From an uncultured SAR116 cluster alpha proteobacterium (GTDB lineage: Bacteria > Pseudomonadota > Alphaproteobacteria > Puniceispirillales > Puniceispirillaceae), in assembly GCA_902573725.1 (NCBI GenBank), contig CACGLE010000001.1:11479-75478 (forward strand): a stretch of 64,000 nucleotides of DNA. Reading direction: 5' to 3'. The notes under the pieces are model-generated. The model did no database searches and was not told the origin of the DNA. It worked only from the letters and a program-made list of their open reading frames with translations. Below are positions 32,662 to 43,615 of this stretch, piece by piece. Made by a program: the position numbers and the translations under genes. The number at the start of each line of letters is the position of its first letter. The stretch's first letter is position 1.

Positions 32662-33129
32662 TTATGATTTGAGCTGAAATATAGCATCAATTTCTACCAC
32701 TGCACCAAGGGGTAAGGAACTTACCCCGACAGCAAATCTAGTATGTCTGCCATTATCACCAAATAACGTCACCATAATTTCTGAAGCCGCGTCAATTACT
32801 TTAGGTTGTCCGGTAAATTCAACTGTTGAGGAAACAAATCCCCCTAGTTTAATAACACGTTCTATGTTTTCCAGGTTATTACTTACGCTTGCTACTTGAC
32901 GCAATATCGAGATTGCACATTGTCTTGCTTGCTCCTGTGCTTCCTCTACTGTCACAGAATTTCCAACCTGCCCTGTTAGATTTATTACACCATCAACTAA
33001 AGGTAACTGTCCAGACACATAAACCATATCGTTGGTTACAAGCACTGGCACGTAGTTTCCTGCGGGCATGGCTGGCTTATCCAAATGAATGCCTAATTTT
33101 TCTAACTTAACTCGAATTTCAGAAGCCAT
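32662..33129 (-). CDS. RidA/YjgF-family reactive-intermediate deaminase
   Basis: The ATG at 33129 is preceded by GAGGAG. The sequence has a YjgF/chorismate-mutase-like fold (VYVSGQLP...). The longer ORF extending to 33210 has no support. Confidence 0.8.
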   Translation of the reverse strand: MASEIRVKLEKLGIHLDKPAMPAGNYVPVLVTNDMVYVSGQLPLVDGVINLTGQVGNSVTVEEAQEQARQCAISILRQVASVSNNLENIERVIKLGGFVSSTVEFTGQPKVIDAASEIMVTLFGDNGRHTRFAVGVSSLPLGAVVEIDAIFQLKS

Positions 33130-33262
33130 TTTTTCTCCTCTAAACCTTCTTATGCCAAATAATATGTAATACCTCATTCTGCCATGTGTTGAGTTTACTA
33201 TTATGATCACTATGCTTTTAGTAGTGAATAATTTTTGAGTTTATGGCTAATTTAAGTCAAGG

Positions 33263-36200
33263 TCAGCTACAGCCTGTAGTAGAACCACAAGTATTACACT
33301 TTAAGCATGTACCATTACGGACAAGAGTAAAATTTTGGCATTCAGGGCATGATTCGCCTTCATAACCTTGCATTCTAGCTTGTTTAACCATCTCTTGACT
33401 GTTTACGACTGCACTAATATTACCAGTGTCTTGGGAAACACCTTGTGCTATGACGCTTGGCTCTGGCTCTAGCGCTGGTGCAATAAAGCTTGTCGCTATA
33501 TTCGTTTCCTGGCCAATGGCTTTCGAAGTTTGGTTTTTATTGGAATATACTTTTAATCCCTGTTTTCTAATAAATCCACGACTAGTTGCTCTATCTACAA
33601 GCTCAGATTGTGCCTCTCCACCTCCAATTGTATCTGCATCTAAATCGTCCTTATTTACATGCCCAAGATCATGTCTATCAAGATAGGAGATAGCTAATTC
33701 TCGGAAGGTATAATCGAGAATAGATGACGACATTTTTATTGCATCGTTTCCGGTGACAATACCTTGTGGCTCAAATCTTGTAAAAGTAAAAGCTTCTACA
33801 AACTCTTCTAGTGGTACACCATATTGAAGACCAATAGATACAGCTATGGCAAAATTATTCATTAAAGAGCGGAATGCTGCACCTTCTTTATGCATATCAA
33901 TGAAAATCTCACCAAGACGACCATCTTGATATTCTCCTGTTCTAATATACACTTTATGACCTCCAACAGATGCTTTTTGTGTATAGCCCTTGCGTCTGTG
34001 GGGAAGCCTTTCACGATCTTGTAGATGTATCACACGTTCCACAATCTTCTCTATAATTTGTGGTGTCGATGTTATTTGTACCTCTTCTAAGTCTTCCTCA
34101 TCAATAAGGGCTGAGGATAGAGGTTGGCTAAGCTTTGATCCGTCTCGATATAGCGCATTTGCTTTCAAACCGAGCCGCCAAGATTGCATGTACGCATTGC
34201 CGCATTCTTCCACTGAGGCATTATTTGGCATATTAATAGTTTTTGATATTGCTCCTGATATAAACGGTTGGGCTGCAGCCATCATCAAAATATGACTTTC
34301 AACAGATAAATAGCGTTTTCCTATTCTGCCGCATACATTTGCACAGTCAAAGATAGGTAAATGTTGCTTTTTTAAATGTGGAGCTCCTTCTAATGTCATA
34401 GCACCACAAATATGAATATTAGCTGCATCTATCTCATCTTTACTAAAGCCAAGTTCCTCCAGCATATTAAATGAAAAGTCATTTAATTGGGCTTCGCTGA
34501 ACCCAAGTTTCTCTGTACAGAACTCATGGCCGAGCGCGTAATGATTGAATGCGAATTTTATATCAAAAGCATTTTCTAAACTTGCATCTAATTTTTTAAG
34601 AGCTGCTTCGGTAAATCCCTTATCTTTTAGAGCAGAAATTGAAATAGCTTGACAGTCTTTTAAACTACCATGCCCTACAGCGTAACGAGTGATATCTTCG
34701 ATTTGGTTTTCTTTATATCCAAGTTTTTCTAGTGCTTCGGGCACAACTCTATTTATAATTTTAAAATATCCACCACCAGCCAGTTTTTTAAACTTTACGA
34801 TTGCGAAATCCGGCTCAATACCAGTTGTATCACAATCCATCACAAGTCCAATCGTTCCTGTTGGGGCAATTACTGTCGCTTGCGCGTTTCGATATCCGTA
34901 TTTTTTTCCGAGTCTAACGGCCTCTTCCCAAGCTTTTTCTGCGGCTGTCACAAGCGTTCTATCTGGGATATTTTTTATTGCTAGAGGAACTGGCAAAACA
35001 CTTAATTCATGATAACCATCTGACTTGCCTAAGGCTGCATTCTTATGGTTTTCCATTACGCGCATCATGGATTTAGCATTCAATTTGTATTTAGGAAATG
35101 CGCCAAGTTCGCTGGCAATTTCGGCTGAGGTCGCGTAAGACTTTCCTGTCATGATTGCTGATATTGCTCCACATATGGCGCGTGCTTCATCGCTATCATA
35201 AGAATAACCGGCTGCCATTAACATTCCACCAATGTTCGCAAATCCTAATCCTAAGGTTCTATAATCATATGAGCCTTGTGCTATTTCCTTTGACGGAAAT
35301 TGCGCCATGGTAACAGAAATCTCAAGTGTCAATGTCCATATTCTGGTTGCGTGCTCAAATGTTTCGATGTCGAACGTACCATCATCATGCCTAAATTGCA
35401 TTAAATTCAAGGATGCTAAATTGCATGCTGTATCATCTAAAAACATATATTCTGAACATGGATTAGATGCATTGATTCTACCACCTTTCGGACAGGTGTG
35501 CCACTCATTGATAGTAGTGTCATATTGAAGTCCTGGATCAGCGCAGGCCCACGCTGCATACGCTATCTTGTCCCATAGCTCTGTAGCATCAACTTCTTTT
35601 GTTATTTTGCCGTCCACGCGACCGATTAAGGACCATTTTCCTTTTTGTTCCACTGCATTTAGGAAAGCATTTGATACACGAACGGAATTATTCGAATTTT
35701 GTCCTGCTACTGTAAGGTATGCCTCACTATCCCAGTCTGTATCATATGTTTTGAATTCGATTTCTGTAAAACCCTGTTTAGCAAAATGTATTACCCGTTG
35801 AACATAATTTTCTGGGAGCATCGCTTTTCGTGCTTCTATAATTGCTTTTTTTAACTGGCTATTTTGTTTTGGGTTATATCGCTCTGTATCTCCCAAGTTT
35901 GTTGCCTCAACACAGGCTCTCATCACGTCACTCATGTGTTTGCTTGCAATTTTTGAGCCTGTAACTAGTGCTGCTACTTTTTGTTCCTCCACTACTTTCC
36001 AGTCTATATATTCTTCTATATCTGGGTGGTCAACATCAACGGTAACCATTTTAGCAGCACGTCTTGTTGTACCACCTGATTTTATTGCTCCAGCTGCTCT
36101 GTCACCAATTCTAAGAAAGCTCATAAGCCCAGAAGATTTACCTCCCCCAGACAGATTTTCTCCATTGCCTCGTAATTTGGAGAAGTTAGACCCCGTTCCT

Positions 36201-36886
36201 GAACCATATTTAAATAAGCGTGCTTCTCGAACCCATAAATCCATGATGCCGCCTTCATTTACCAAATCATCGTCCACAGATTGGATGAAACATGCATGCG
36301 GTTGCGGGTGCTCGTATGAGGATTTAGATCGCAACATTTTCCCTGTCTCAAAATCCACATAGTAGTGCCCTTGGCTAGGGCCATCAATGCCATATGCCCA
36401 ATGTAATCCTGTGTTAAACCATTGTGGTGAATTAGGTGCGGCCATTTGCCGAGCTAACATCACACTCATTTCTTCATAATAAATCTTAGCATCATTCTCG
36501 CTGCTAAAATATCCTCCTTTCCAGCCCCAATATGTCCAGGTTCCAGCTAGACGATGGAAAACCTGTTTTGCAGAAGTCTCACCAATGTATCTTTCATCTT
36601 TAGGAAGAAGATTTAATGCCTCTATATCTGGTTTGGAGCGCCATAACCAAGATGGAATCCCATTCTCTTCAATTTTTTTGAGCCGTGCTGCCACACCGGC
36701 TTTTCGGAAATATTTTTGGGAAATTATGTCTGTTGCTACCTGACTGTATTGTTTCGGCACTTCTATATCCGCTGCTGAGAAAACTACTGTACCGTCCGGA
36801 TTGCGAATTTCGCTACTTGCTGACCTAAATGGAATATTATCATAGATTTCTTCATTTTCTTTTGTCAGTAGCCGTTCAAAACGCAT
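33263..36886 (-). CDS. nrdJ: Ribonucleotide reductase, class II (adenosylcobalamin-dependent)
   Basis: It is 1207 aa with the active-site NPCSEY and a C-terminal Cys-rich tail (CPECQ...CLKCNTCG) typical of long alphaproteobacterial NrdJ. Confidence 0.9.
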   Translation of the reverse strand: MRFERLLTKENEEIYDNIPFRSASSEIRNPDGTVVFSAADIEVPKQYSQVATDIISQKYFRKAGVAARLKKIEENGIPSWLWRSKPDIEALNLLPKDERYIGETSAKQVFHRLAGTWTYWGWKGGYFSSENDAKIYYEEMSVMLARQMAAPNSPQWFNTGLHWAYGIDGPSQGHYYVDFETGKMLRSKSSYEHPQPHACFIQSVDDDLVNEGGIMDLWVREARLFKYGSGTGSNFSKLRGNGENLSGGGKSSGLMSFLRIGDRAAGAIKSGGTTRRAAKMVTVDVDHPDIEEYIDWKVVEEQKVAALVTGSKIASKHMSDVMRACVEATNLGDTERYNPKQNSQLKKAIIEARKAMLPENYVQRVIHFAKQGFTEIEFKTYDTDWDSEAYLTVAGQNSNNSVRVSNAFLNAVEQKGKWSLIGRVDGKITKEVDATELWDKIAYAAWACADPGLQYDTTINEWHTCPKGGRINASNPCSEYMFLDDTACNLASLNLMQFRHDDGTFDIETFEHATRIWTLTLEISVTMAQFPSKEIAQGSYDYRTLGLGFANIGGMLMAAGYSYDSDEARAICGAISAIMTGKSYATSAEIASELGAFPKYKLNAKSMMRVMENHKNAALGKSDGYHELSVLPVPLAIKNIPDRTLVTAAEKAWEEAVRLGKKYGYRNAQATVIAPTGTIGLVMDCDTTGIEPDFAIVKFKKLAGGGYFKIINRVVPEALEKLGYKENQIEDITRYAVGHGSLKDCQAISISALKDKGFTEAALKKLDASLENAFDIKFAFNHYALGHEFCTEKLGFSEAQLNDFSFNMLEELGFSKDEIDAANIHICGAMTLEGAPHLKKQHLPIFDCANVCGRIGKRYLSVESHILMMAAAQPFISGAISKTINMPNNASVEECGNAYMQSWRLGLKANALYRDGSKLSQPLSSALIDEEDLEEVQITSTPQIIEKIVERVIHLQDRERLPHRRKGYTQKASVGGHKVYIRTGEYQDGRLGEIFIDMHKEGAAFRSLMNNFAIAVSIGLQYGVPLEEFVEAFTFTRFEPQGIVTGNDAIKMSSSILDYTFRELAISYLDRHDLGHVNKDDLDADTIGGGEAQSELVDRATSRGFIRKQGLKVYSNKNQTSKAIGQETNIATSFIAPALEPEPSVIAQGVSQDTGNISAVVNSQEMVKQARMQGYEGESCPECQNFTLVRNGTCLKCNTCGSTTGCS

Positions 36887-36971
36887 AATATTATATCCTT
36901 TTATTTAAATGATTCGCTGATGATTTTCTGGGCGAATCCCTAATTTCCCTAACACTCAAGTTGATGTTTGT

Positions 36972-37016
36972 TAACTACATATAGTAGACATGGCTTTCGA
37001 GGTTACCCGATGTAGT
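36972..37016. promoter_or_regulatory. Possible tandem NrdR boxes upstream of nrdJ (tentative)
   Basis: ACTACATATAGT (36974-36985) matches 11 of 12 positions of the NrdR-box core aCwAtATaTwGt. A weaker box, ACCCGATGTAGT (37005-37016), is centred 31 bp away. Confidence 0.35.
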
Positions 37017-37316
37017 ATTTTAGATCAAGTTAGGCAATCAAAAAAAATTTACTATTTTGACTTTTTCTTCTTGATTTTTTCTAGGTAATTGAAATCATTG
37101 GGTTGATAATGGAAAAATTATTTTTTAGGTAAAAAAATATTTTGTTGTTTGGCTTAATTTAACAGACACTGCTCTTTATCTTCTTTTTATTATTATCACA
37201 ATTTGAAACAAAATATTTATCTATCATCCTTTTTTTGGTAAAATGGAAACTGTGGAAGGGTTAAAAGTAAAGTTTGGAAAAACCATTTATATTTATCATT
37301 GTTTGGGAACACGCTT

Positions 37317-37676
37317 ATGCACATAATCTCTAAAATACTGATAGCATGTACTTCTAAATTTAGAGGTGAAGATAGTTTTGGTAATAAATATTATGAGAGG
37401 ATTAGGAAAAAAAACCATTTAAGATCAAAAAGATTTGTTTTGTTTAAAGGGACTGCAGAGGCATCTAAAGTTCCAGCAGATTGGCATGGGTGGCTTCACC
37501 ACACTCAAGATGAAATTCCTCCAAAAGGCGGATATCAAAAATACGACTGGCAGCATGCTCACCTTCCTAATGTAACTGGTACTAAGTTTGCCTACCGTCC
37601 AAAAGGACATATTTTGAGTGGTGGAAAGAGAAAAAAAGCTACTGGTGATTACCAACCTTGGACACCAACATCGTGA
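37317..37676 (+). CDS. NADH:ubiquinone oxidoreductase subunit NDUFA12-like protein
   Basis: It has GEDSFGNKYYE and WHGWLHHT motifs. The ATG at 37317 is preferred over the upstream TTG at 37299. Confidence 0.8.
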   Translation: MHIISKILIACTSKFRGEDSFGNKYYERIRKKNHLRSKRFVLFKGTAEASKVPADWHGWLHHTQDEIPPKGGYQKYDWQHAHLPNVTGTKFAYRPKGHILSGGKRKKATGDYQPWTPTS

Positions 37677-37751
37677 CCTTTTTCGTTCAAAAAAGAGCTT
37701 TCCTTTGCAAGTATATTATTATAGTTACCTTTATCAAAGGACATAAATAAC

Positions 37752-38198
37752 ATGCGTCAAAACACTTTAGAAACATTACTTGGAGCAATAATAATCGTGG
37801 GCGCCCTGCTTTTCGCGATAACCGTTTATAATTCCGCAAATATTACATCCTCGGAAGGCATCGAGTTAAAAGCTGAATTTGGAGATGTATCTGGATTATC
37901 AAAAGGAGATGATGTATTTCTCTCTGGCATAAAGATAGGTCAGGTAACTTCTTATGAGATTGATAAAAAAAGCTACATGGCGCGACTAAGTTTTAGAATA
38001 ACTCCAGAAATAGAGTTGCCGTCTGATTCTAGTGCTAGGATTGTGGCTTCATCCCTGTTAGGAGGTTATATACTTGAGATTTCTCCTGGCTCTAATGAGG
38101 AAATGATGCAGGACGGAGACATCATATATGATACGACAGATCCAGTTAGTCTTACAGATTTATTGGGCAAATTTGTATTTCAAAGTGCTAACAAATAG
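37752..38198 (+). CDS. mlaD: MlaD-family (MCE domain) lipid-asymmetry protein
   Basis: It has an N-terminal TM helix plus an MCE domain (GLSKGDDVFLSGIKIGQV) and is 148 aa. Confidence 0.8.
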   Translation: MRQNTLETLLGAIIIVGALLFAITVYNSANITSSEGIELKAEFGDVSGLSKGDDVFLSGIKIGQVTSYEIDKKSYMARLSFRITPEIELPSDSSARIVASSLLGGYILEISPGSNEEMMQDGDIIYDTTDPVSLTDLLGKFVFQSANK

Positions 38199-38215
38199 TT
38201 TTAAGAATTTTGGAA

Positions 38216-38614
38216 ATGAATATTATTAGCACTTTTTTATCGCTTGTATTTTGTCTTTTGATTAGCTTATTTATCGAAATCAGACAGGCAGATGCATCAA
38301 ATTGGATAGTATCTCAAACAGCGGAATTACAGCTTCTTGATAAAATAACAGCCCGTATTTCTACTAAAAAAGTCCAAGTTGGCGGTGGTACTGAGTTTGG
38401 AACGTTAGATTTGAGGGTGTATCATTGTGCTTACAGACCTCCAGAAGAACCTCCTGAAAATGCAGCATTTATTGTAATTTATGACAATGGATATGGAGAT
38501 AGAAAACTTCAAAAAGCACTTTTTTCTGGGTGGATGTTTGCGTCTAGCCCGGCTATCTCTGGCCTTGAACACCCTGTCTACGACGTAACTTTGTTATCAT
38601 GCCACAATGAATGA
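38216..38614 (+). CDS. DUF2155 domain protein
   Basis: It has a signal-like N-terminus and a conserved C-terminal HPVYDV. It sits in the usual position after mlaD in alphaproteobacteria. Confidence 0.65.
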   Translation: MNIISTFLSLVFCLLISLFIEIRQADASNWIVSQTAELQLLDKITARISTKKVQVGGGTEFGTLDLRVYHCAYRPPEEPPENAAFIVIYDNGYGDRKLQKALFSGWMFASSPAISGLEHPVYDVTLLSCHNE

Positions 38615-39240
38615 ATAATTTGAGATTCTGGGATGTCCAGTTCAAGACTGGCTTCTGTGTTTATTGCAGTTTTTAGTCTTTGTTGAAATAACGTATTGTC
38701 CATTGACTCGATTCCAAATTGAATAAGGTGATCGCTCACAAATTGTGCGTCTAATAAACTAAAATTTCCATATTTTAGCCTAGCCATTAAATGACAAAGC
38801 GTAATTTTTGAAGCATTAGATACACGGCTAAACATAGATTCACCAAAGAAGGCACCACCTATGGCAACTCCATATAATCCGCCTATTAACTTACCCTCCT
38901 GGTAGGCTTCCACCGAGTGCGCAAAACCTAACATGTGAAGAGAAATATATAGTCTTCTAATCATGGGGTTTATCCAGGTATCTTTTGTGTCAGTTCGAGG
39001 TGCAGCACAACCATCAATAACGGCCGGAAAATTTTGATTCCATTGAATTTCAAATGGTTGTTTCTTTAATAACCTTAATAATTTTTTTGGGATTTTTGGA
39101 GGTTGAAATGGTAATACTCCGCGCACGTCTGGTTGAAAAAATTGGATATCCCTAGAGTCCTTGCTTGTCGCCATAGGGAAAATTCCAAGAGTATAAGCCT
39201 GTATGATTGTCTCTGGAGCAATAATAAATTTTTGTGACAC
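38578..39240 (-). CDS. aat: Leucyl/phenylalanyl-tRNA--protein transferase
   Basis: It has the GIFPM motif and a GNAT-like core (GGLYGVAIGGAFFGESMFS). It uses a GTG start. Its 3' end overlaps the convergent DUF2155 gene by 37 nt. Confidence 0.85.
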   Translation of the reverse strand: MSQKFIIAPETIIQAYTLGIFPMATSKDSRDIQFFQPDVRGVLPFQPPKIPKKLLRLLKKQPFEIQWNQNFPAVIDGCAAPRTDTKDTWINPMIRRLYISLHMLGFAHSVEAYQEGKLIGGLYGVAIGGAFFGESMFSRVSNASKITLCHLMARLKYGNFSLLDAQFVSDHLIQFGIESMDNTLFQQRLKTAINTEASLELDIPESQIIHSLWHDNKVTS

Positions 39241-39387
39241 TATATTCTCCCAATAATCGCGATTATCATGTGTCCATTTGACTAAAGGAAATTTAGGGTG
39301 ATGAAATATGTATATTAAACCGTTTTATCCAAGATTTTTATAAGAAATTACACTGCAATAAATTTGCTAATCGCTCATGACGTCCTC

Positions 39388-39828
39388 TTATTCAGTTAAG
39401 AAGGACTCTGCAAGTGCTCTCATAGCTAGATTGTAGGATTGCGCTCCAAGTCCAACAATAACGCCATTTGATATTGATGAAATCATTGAAGTATGTCTGA
39501 AATCTTCTCGACCATAAATGTTAGAAATGTGTACTTCAATGGTCATTCCAGAAAATAAGGCTAGCGAGTCTCTAATCGCAACCGATGTGTGGCTATATCC
39601 ACCTGCATTAATAATAATGCCCTCATATTTACCATTAGCTTTTTGAATCAAACTCACAAGCTCTCCCTCATAATTGGTTTGAGCGAAAGACACTTCCACT
39701 TGAAGTTCATTAGCCAAGGCTTCACAGGCAGATTCAATTTCTTTTAGGTTTATATGCCCATAAATCTCAGGTTGTCTCGTCCCAAGCATGTTTAGATTTG
39801 GTCCATTAAGAATAAGAATTTTTGCCAT
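39388..39828 (-). CDS. aroQ: 3-dehydroquinate dehydratase, type II
   Basis: It has ILILNGPNLNMLGTRQPEIYG and HISNI motifs and is 146 aa. Confidence 0.95.
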   Translation of the reverse strand: MAKILILNGPNLNMLGTRQPEIYGHINLKEIESACEALANELQVEVSFAQTNYEGELVSLIQKANGKYEGIIINAGGYSHTSVAIRDSLALFSGMTIEVHISNIYGREDFRHTSMISSISNGVIVGLGAQSYNLAMRALAESFLTE

Positions 39829-39975
39829 TGTTTGATGTACCTAATTTCTAATAGTAAATTTACTTTTTAAAATATTCATAGCGTATTTAAATAAATAATG
39901 CGAATAATCAATCCTCTGTGAAATATTTATCCAAGGTAATTCAGCCAATTAATATGATCCTTGCATCGATAGTTT

Positions 39976-40683
39976 TCAGTTTTTTTTTCTTTCTGAATCA
40001 ATAATTGCCATTATTTCTTTTAGACTAATTGCACCTGGAATAATTTTCTTACCTATCAACAAAGCAGGTGTACCCTCTATTCCAATTGCCCGACCAGAAT
40101 TGATGTTACGACGTAAAATTCGATCAAATTTATTACTTGAAATAGCAGCACTAAATTGTTCTATGTTGAGCCCAACCATAGTTGCAATCGACTTCAAAGA
40201 ATCCTCTGTGATTCTGCCAACTGAGTTCATTAAAGCAAGATGATACTCCAAAAACTTATTTTGTTCTTCCGCTGCCAGAGCAGCTTTTGCGGCTAATACT
40301 GAGCTTTCTGCTAATATCGGAAATTCCTTAATTACTATTAGTATATCATCATCCTCATTAATGAGAGCCTGAAGTGTTTTAAAAAGTCTTTTGCAATAGC
40401 CACAATTATAATCTGAATACTCATAGATAACGAAAGACGCATTTGGGTTGCCAAATCGTCCATCACCCTCAGTTTCATAAGTAAGTGACATTGCATTTTC
40501 TTCAGCTTCTTTTGACTTCTGGTTTGAATAATTTAGAATTATTTCATATAAAATATCTGGATTTTGTTTGAGATAATCATGGACAATTTGTTGAATCATT
40601 TGCTCTTCAGATTCTGAAAACTGTGCATTTACAGGATTGGTCATAATAATACATAAACCAATGAAAAAAATTAAATGTTTCAT
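39976..40683 (-). CDS. DsbA-family thiol:disulfide oxidoreductase
   Basis: The ATG at 40683 gives the signal peptide MKHLIFFIGLCIIMTNPVNA. It has a thioredoxin-fold CGYC active site. Confidence 0.8.
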   Translation of the reverse strand: MKHLIFFIGLCIIMTNPVNAQFSESEEQMIQQIVHDYLKQNPDILYEIILNYSNQKSKEAEENAMSLTYETEGDGRFGNPNASFVIYEYSDYNCGYCKRLFKTLQALINEDDDILIVIKEFPILAESSVLAAKAALAAEEQNKFLEYHLALMNSVGRITEDSLKSIATMVGLNIEQFSAAISSNKFDRILRRNINSGRAIGIEGTPALLIGKKIIPGAISLKEIMAIIDSERKKN

Positions 40684-40812
40684 GTTTCTCTGCCGATTAA
40701 AGATGTGACAATTATAATGGTCATTAACATGGGAAAATTTATCTTTCAATGGAAGAAGCCGATCTGCAAAAAACCAAATACCTATCAACAAATTGTGTTT
40801 AACTAAAAATAT

Positions 40813-42156
40813 TTATTTAGTTCTTAATGCCTGAGAATCTTCTATTAAGAATTTTAGGTCTTTCAGGCTTTTTTCTAATTCAGGGTTTAAATTTGGAATC
40901 TTTAGGGCACGTTCTAAGTGATTGGTTGCCTGCCGCAAATCGTTACTAAGATAAGCAGCTTCAGCAAGTTGCAAGTTTGCGCTAGCGAGGTCCCCTGTTT
41001 TTCCTAAAGCAGTTGCATATTCTCTTCGAGCAAAGGGCAACTTTGGCTCGCCAGCAACGGCAATTTCTAGTATTTCTCTTGCATTAAAATAATACTCAGA
41101 ACCATCTGTTGATAAAAACACTCTCCCAAGACGTAAGGCAATTAGTGGAGCCCCGCCACTTTTATTAAATGCTTCTTCAAAATACTTAATTGCAGATGGG
41201 AGCAATCCATCAGCAAAAGCGATCTCACCTGCAAGTTCGTAAAAATAAGGGTTGTTTGGCTCGGCTATAAGCAAAGAGCTTACATCTTTACTAGCTTTTT
41301 CTAAGCTTCCATATCTTAAGTAGGCGATTGCACGCTGATATATTTCGTCTATTGAAAGGGTATCATTTTTTAAATTTTGAATAATTTCTTCAGGTCGTTT
41401 TACATAACTGGATATTTTTCCTACTATGCGCTTAAAACTAGCATAGTCTGCTATGTTCATTCTTTTGTTTGTAAAATTAGATTTAGTAAGATGGTCTTTA
41501 TAAACTGCTAAACGTCTTTTTGCCTCAGGGTGGGTTCGATAATATTCTGATTGGTAACTTTCGGGAAGAGCATTTTCATTTGATAGTCTTTTCATCATTC
41601 TTGCCATACCAACGGCACTAATTTGCAATTCATCAAGCATTTTAAGCGCCCATTCATCTGCAACCGCCTCATTTATTCGGGAGCCATAATAATAGTGTCT
41701 TGCTACTCTATCGTTTCCACCAATTAAAAGACTCGTAGCCAATTCTTCAGAACCGCCTATTGCAGCGGCGGCGGCGAGAGCAGTGCTCAAAGAGGATGCA
41801 TTCCTCGCAACTTCTAATGATTCATTTTTTCTAGCTACATGGCCAGATACAATATGACCTAATTCATGTGCCATTACGCCAATGACTTCTTCTAAAGACT
41901 CTGCTTTTATTAATAAACCTGAGTGAAGATAGATAACGTTGTCACTGGTAACAAAGGCATTATAAGAAGAATTCAAAATCACTCTAACTTTTATTTGCGA
42001 TGAAATATTAGCTTTTTTTAGTAAAGGCTCTAAAAAAGCTTCTAGTTTAGTTTCGATTTCCGCATCCCGAATTAAATTCGCATAGCAACTTGTTGTTAAA
42101 CCAATAAAAAATACGAAAAAAGATATTATTAAATGAAAGTTTCTAATATTCGACAT
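40813..42156 (-). CDS. M48-family zinc metalloprotease with TPR repeats
   Basis: It has an HELGH zinc motif, an N-terminal signal or TM segment, and a TPR-like C-terminal half. Confidence 0.75.
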   Translation of the reverse strand: MSNIRNFHLIISFFVFFIGLTTSCYANLIRDAEIETKLEAFLEPLLKKANISSQIKVRVILNSSYNAFVTSDNVIYLHSGLLIKAESLEEVIGVMAHELGHIVSGHVARKNESLEVARNASSLSTALAAAAAIGGSEELATSLLIGGNDRVARHYYYGSRINEAVADEWALKMLDELQISAVGMARMMKRLSNENALPESYQSEYYRTHPEAKRRLAVYKDHLTKSNFTNKRMNIADYASFKRIVGKISSYVKRPEEIIQNLKNDTLSIDEIYQRAIAYLRYGSLEKASKDVSSLLIAEPNNPYFYELAGEIAFADGLLPSAIKYFEEAFNKSGGAPLIALRLGRVFLSTDGSEYYFNAREILEIAVAGEPKLPFARREYATALGKTGDLASANLQLAEAAYLSNDLRQATNHLERALKIPNLNPELEKSLKDLKFLIEDSQALRTK

Positions 42157-42389
42157 TTGTTTTGTTAAATTTATTTAAAAAATGTAATATAATTCTAAAA
42201 ATATACAAAAAATCGTATAAAATTCTAATTAATCTATTTGACACAATGAATTAGATATGATGTTGTGCGGCGATATAACTAATAAAAATCATAATTAATT
42301 ATAGCACAAATAGATCTGTTTATAAGCCTAACATAAGGCTTTTCATTGTCTAGAATATAAAGATAAAAAAATTGAATAAGGGTAACAAA

Positions 42390-43571
42390 ATGAGCGGTCC
42401 AACATTAAAAGTTTCTAACAGAAGCAAAATGCCACCTTTTATGGCAATGGACGTAATGCGTCTTGCGGCTGAATTAGAAGCTGATGGAAGTGATATAGTG
42501 CATCTAGAGGTTGGGCAGCCTTGTTCTCCAGCGCCCCAGAAAGTTATTGATGCACTCGCTGCATCTATGGGACAACTAAAAACACACGGATATTCAGTAG
42601 CACTAGGAATCCCAGAGTTACGGTTAAGGATAGCAGACCATTATGAACAATGGTATGGAGAAAAAATCGGACCTGAGCGTGTTGCTGTAACCGTTGGTTC
42701 ATCAATGGCATTTGCAATATCTTTCTTGGCAGCTTTTGATATTGGGGATAAAATTGCAATCCCAAACCCGGGTTATCCTGCCTACCGCAATCTAATGTTA
42801 GGTATGGGGTTAGAGCCCGTTACACTAAATGCGGGTCCATCAGAAGGGTGGGTACCAAGATTAAAAGATATGGAAAAATGGGATAATTTGCCCGATGGTT
42901 TAATGATTGCAAGTCCCCATAACCCAACTGGTGTAATAATTTCAGATAATGAGTTGAAAAATATTTGTGAATGGTGTGATAAAAATGGAGTTAGATTAAT
43001 ATCCGATGAAATTTATCATGGATTATCCTACAAAGGTAGATGTGAGACAGCATTGAAATATAGCGATAATGTGATTGTAATAAATAGCCTTTCAAAATAT
43101 TTTTCCATGACAGGATGGCGCATTGGTTGGATGATATTGCCTAAGCAACTATTAAACACAGCCGAAAAACTAGCGCAAAATCTGTATATTTCAGCACCAA
43201 CACCAAATCAAATTGCAGCAATTGAGGCTTTTGATTGCAGTGAAGAATTAGACCAGAATATTAAACGTTACAAGGAAAATAGGAACATATTATTATCAGG
43301 TCTGCCTGCAGAGTTTTTAGGAAATGCTGCTCCATGTGATGGAGCTTTTTATATTTATGCAGATATATCCGCGTTAAGTGTGGACTCAATTAATTTTGCT
43401 AAAAAATTACTAGATGAGACTGGTGTTGCAACCACGCCAGGTGTTGATTTTGATCCAATTAATGGACATCGATATTTGCGTTTATCTTTTGCAGGTGCAA
43501 CACAAACAATGAATGAGGCTGTTAAACGAATTAATGCATTTGTTCTAACCTATAAAAGGAACGCCGCGTAA
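42390..43571 (+). CDS. Class I/II PLP-dependent aminotransferase
   Basis: It has the PLP-lysine motif SLSKYFSMTGWRIGW. The substrate cannot be determined from the sequence by eye. Confidence 0.8.
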   Translation: MSGPTLKVSNRSKMPPFMAMDVMRLAAELEADGSDIVHLEVGQPCSPAPQKVIDALAASMGQLKTHGYSVALGIPELRLRIADHYEQWYGEKIGPERVAVTVGSSMAFAISFLAAFDIGDKIAIPNPGYPAYRNLMLGMGLEPVTLNAGPSEGWVPRLKDMEKWDNLPDGLMIASPHNPTGVIISDNELKNICEWCDKNGVRLISDEIYHGLSYKGRCETALKYSDNVIVINSLSKYFSMTGWRIGWMILPKQLLNTAEKLAQNLYISAPTPNQIAAIEAFDCSEELDQNIKRYKENRNILLSGLPAEFLGNAAPCDGAFYIYADISALSVDSINFAKKLLDETGVATTPGVDFDPINGHRYLRLSFAGATQTMNEAVKRINAFVLTYKRNAA

Positions 43572-43615
43572 TAAATAAACCTAAAAATTATTAATAAAAA
43601 AAATTGATTTTTAAG

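Noticed and set aside
33263-36886. An intein or intron in the very long nrdJ (1207 aa), and likewise in dnaE2.
   Set aside because: The length is normal for alphaproteobacterial class II RNR, and the sequence reads continuously through the conserved blocks. I saw no intein splice-junction or homing-endonuclease motifs.
36887-37316. A cobalamin riboswitch upstream of the B12-dependent nrdJ.
   Set aside because: I could not find a B12-box-like conserved core on either strand. A B12-OFF switch would also make no regulatory sense for an enzyme that needs B12.
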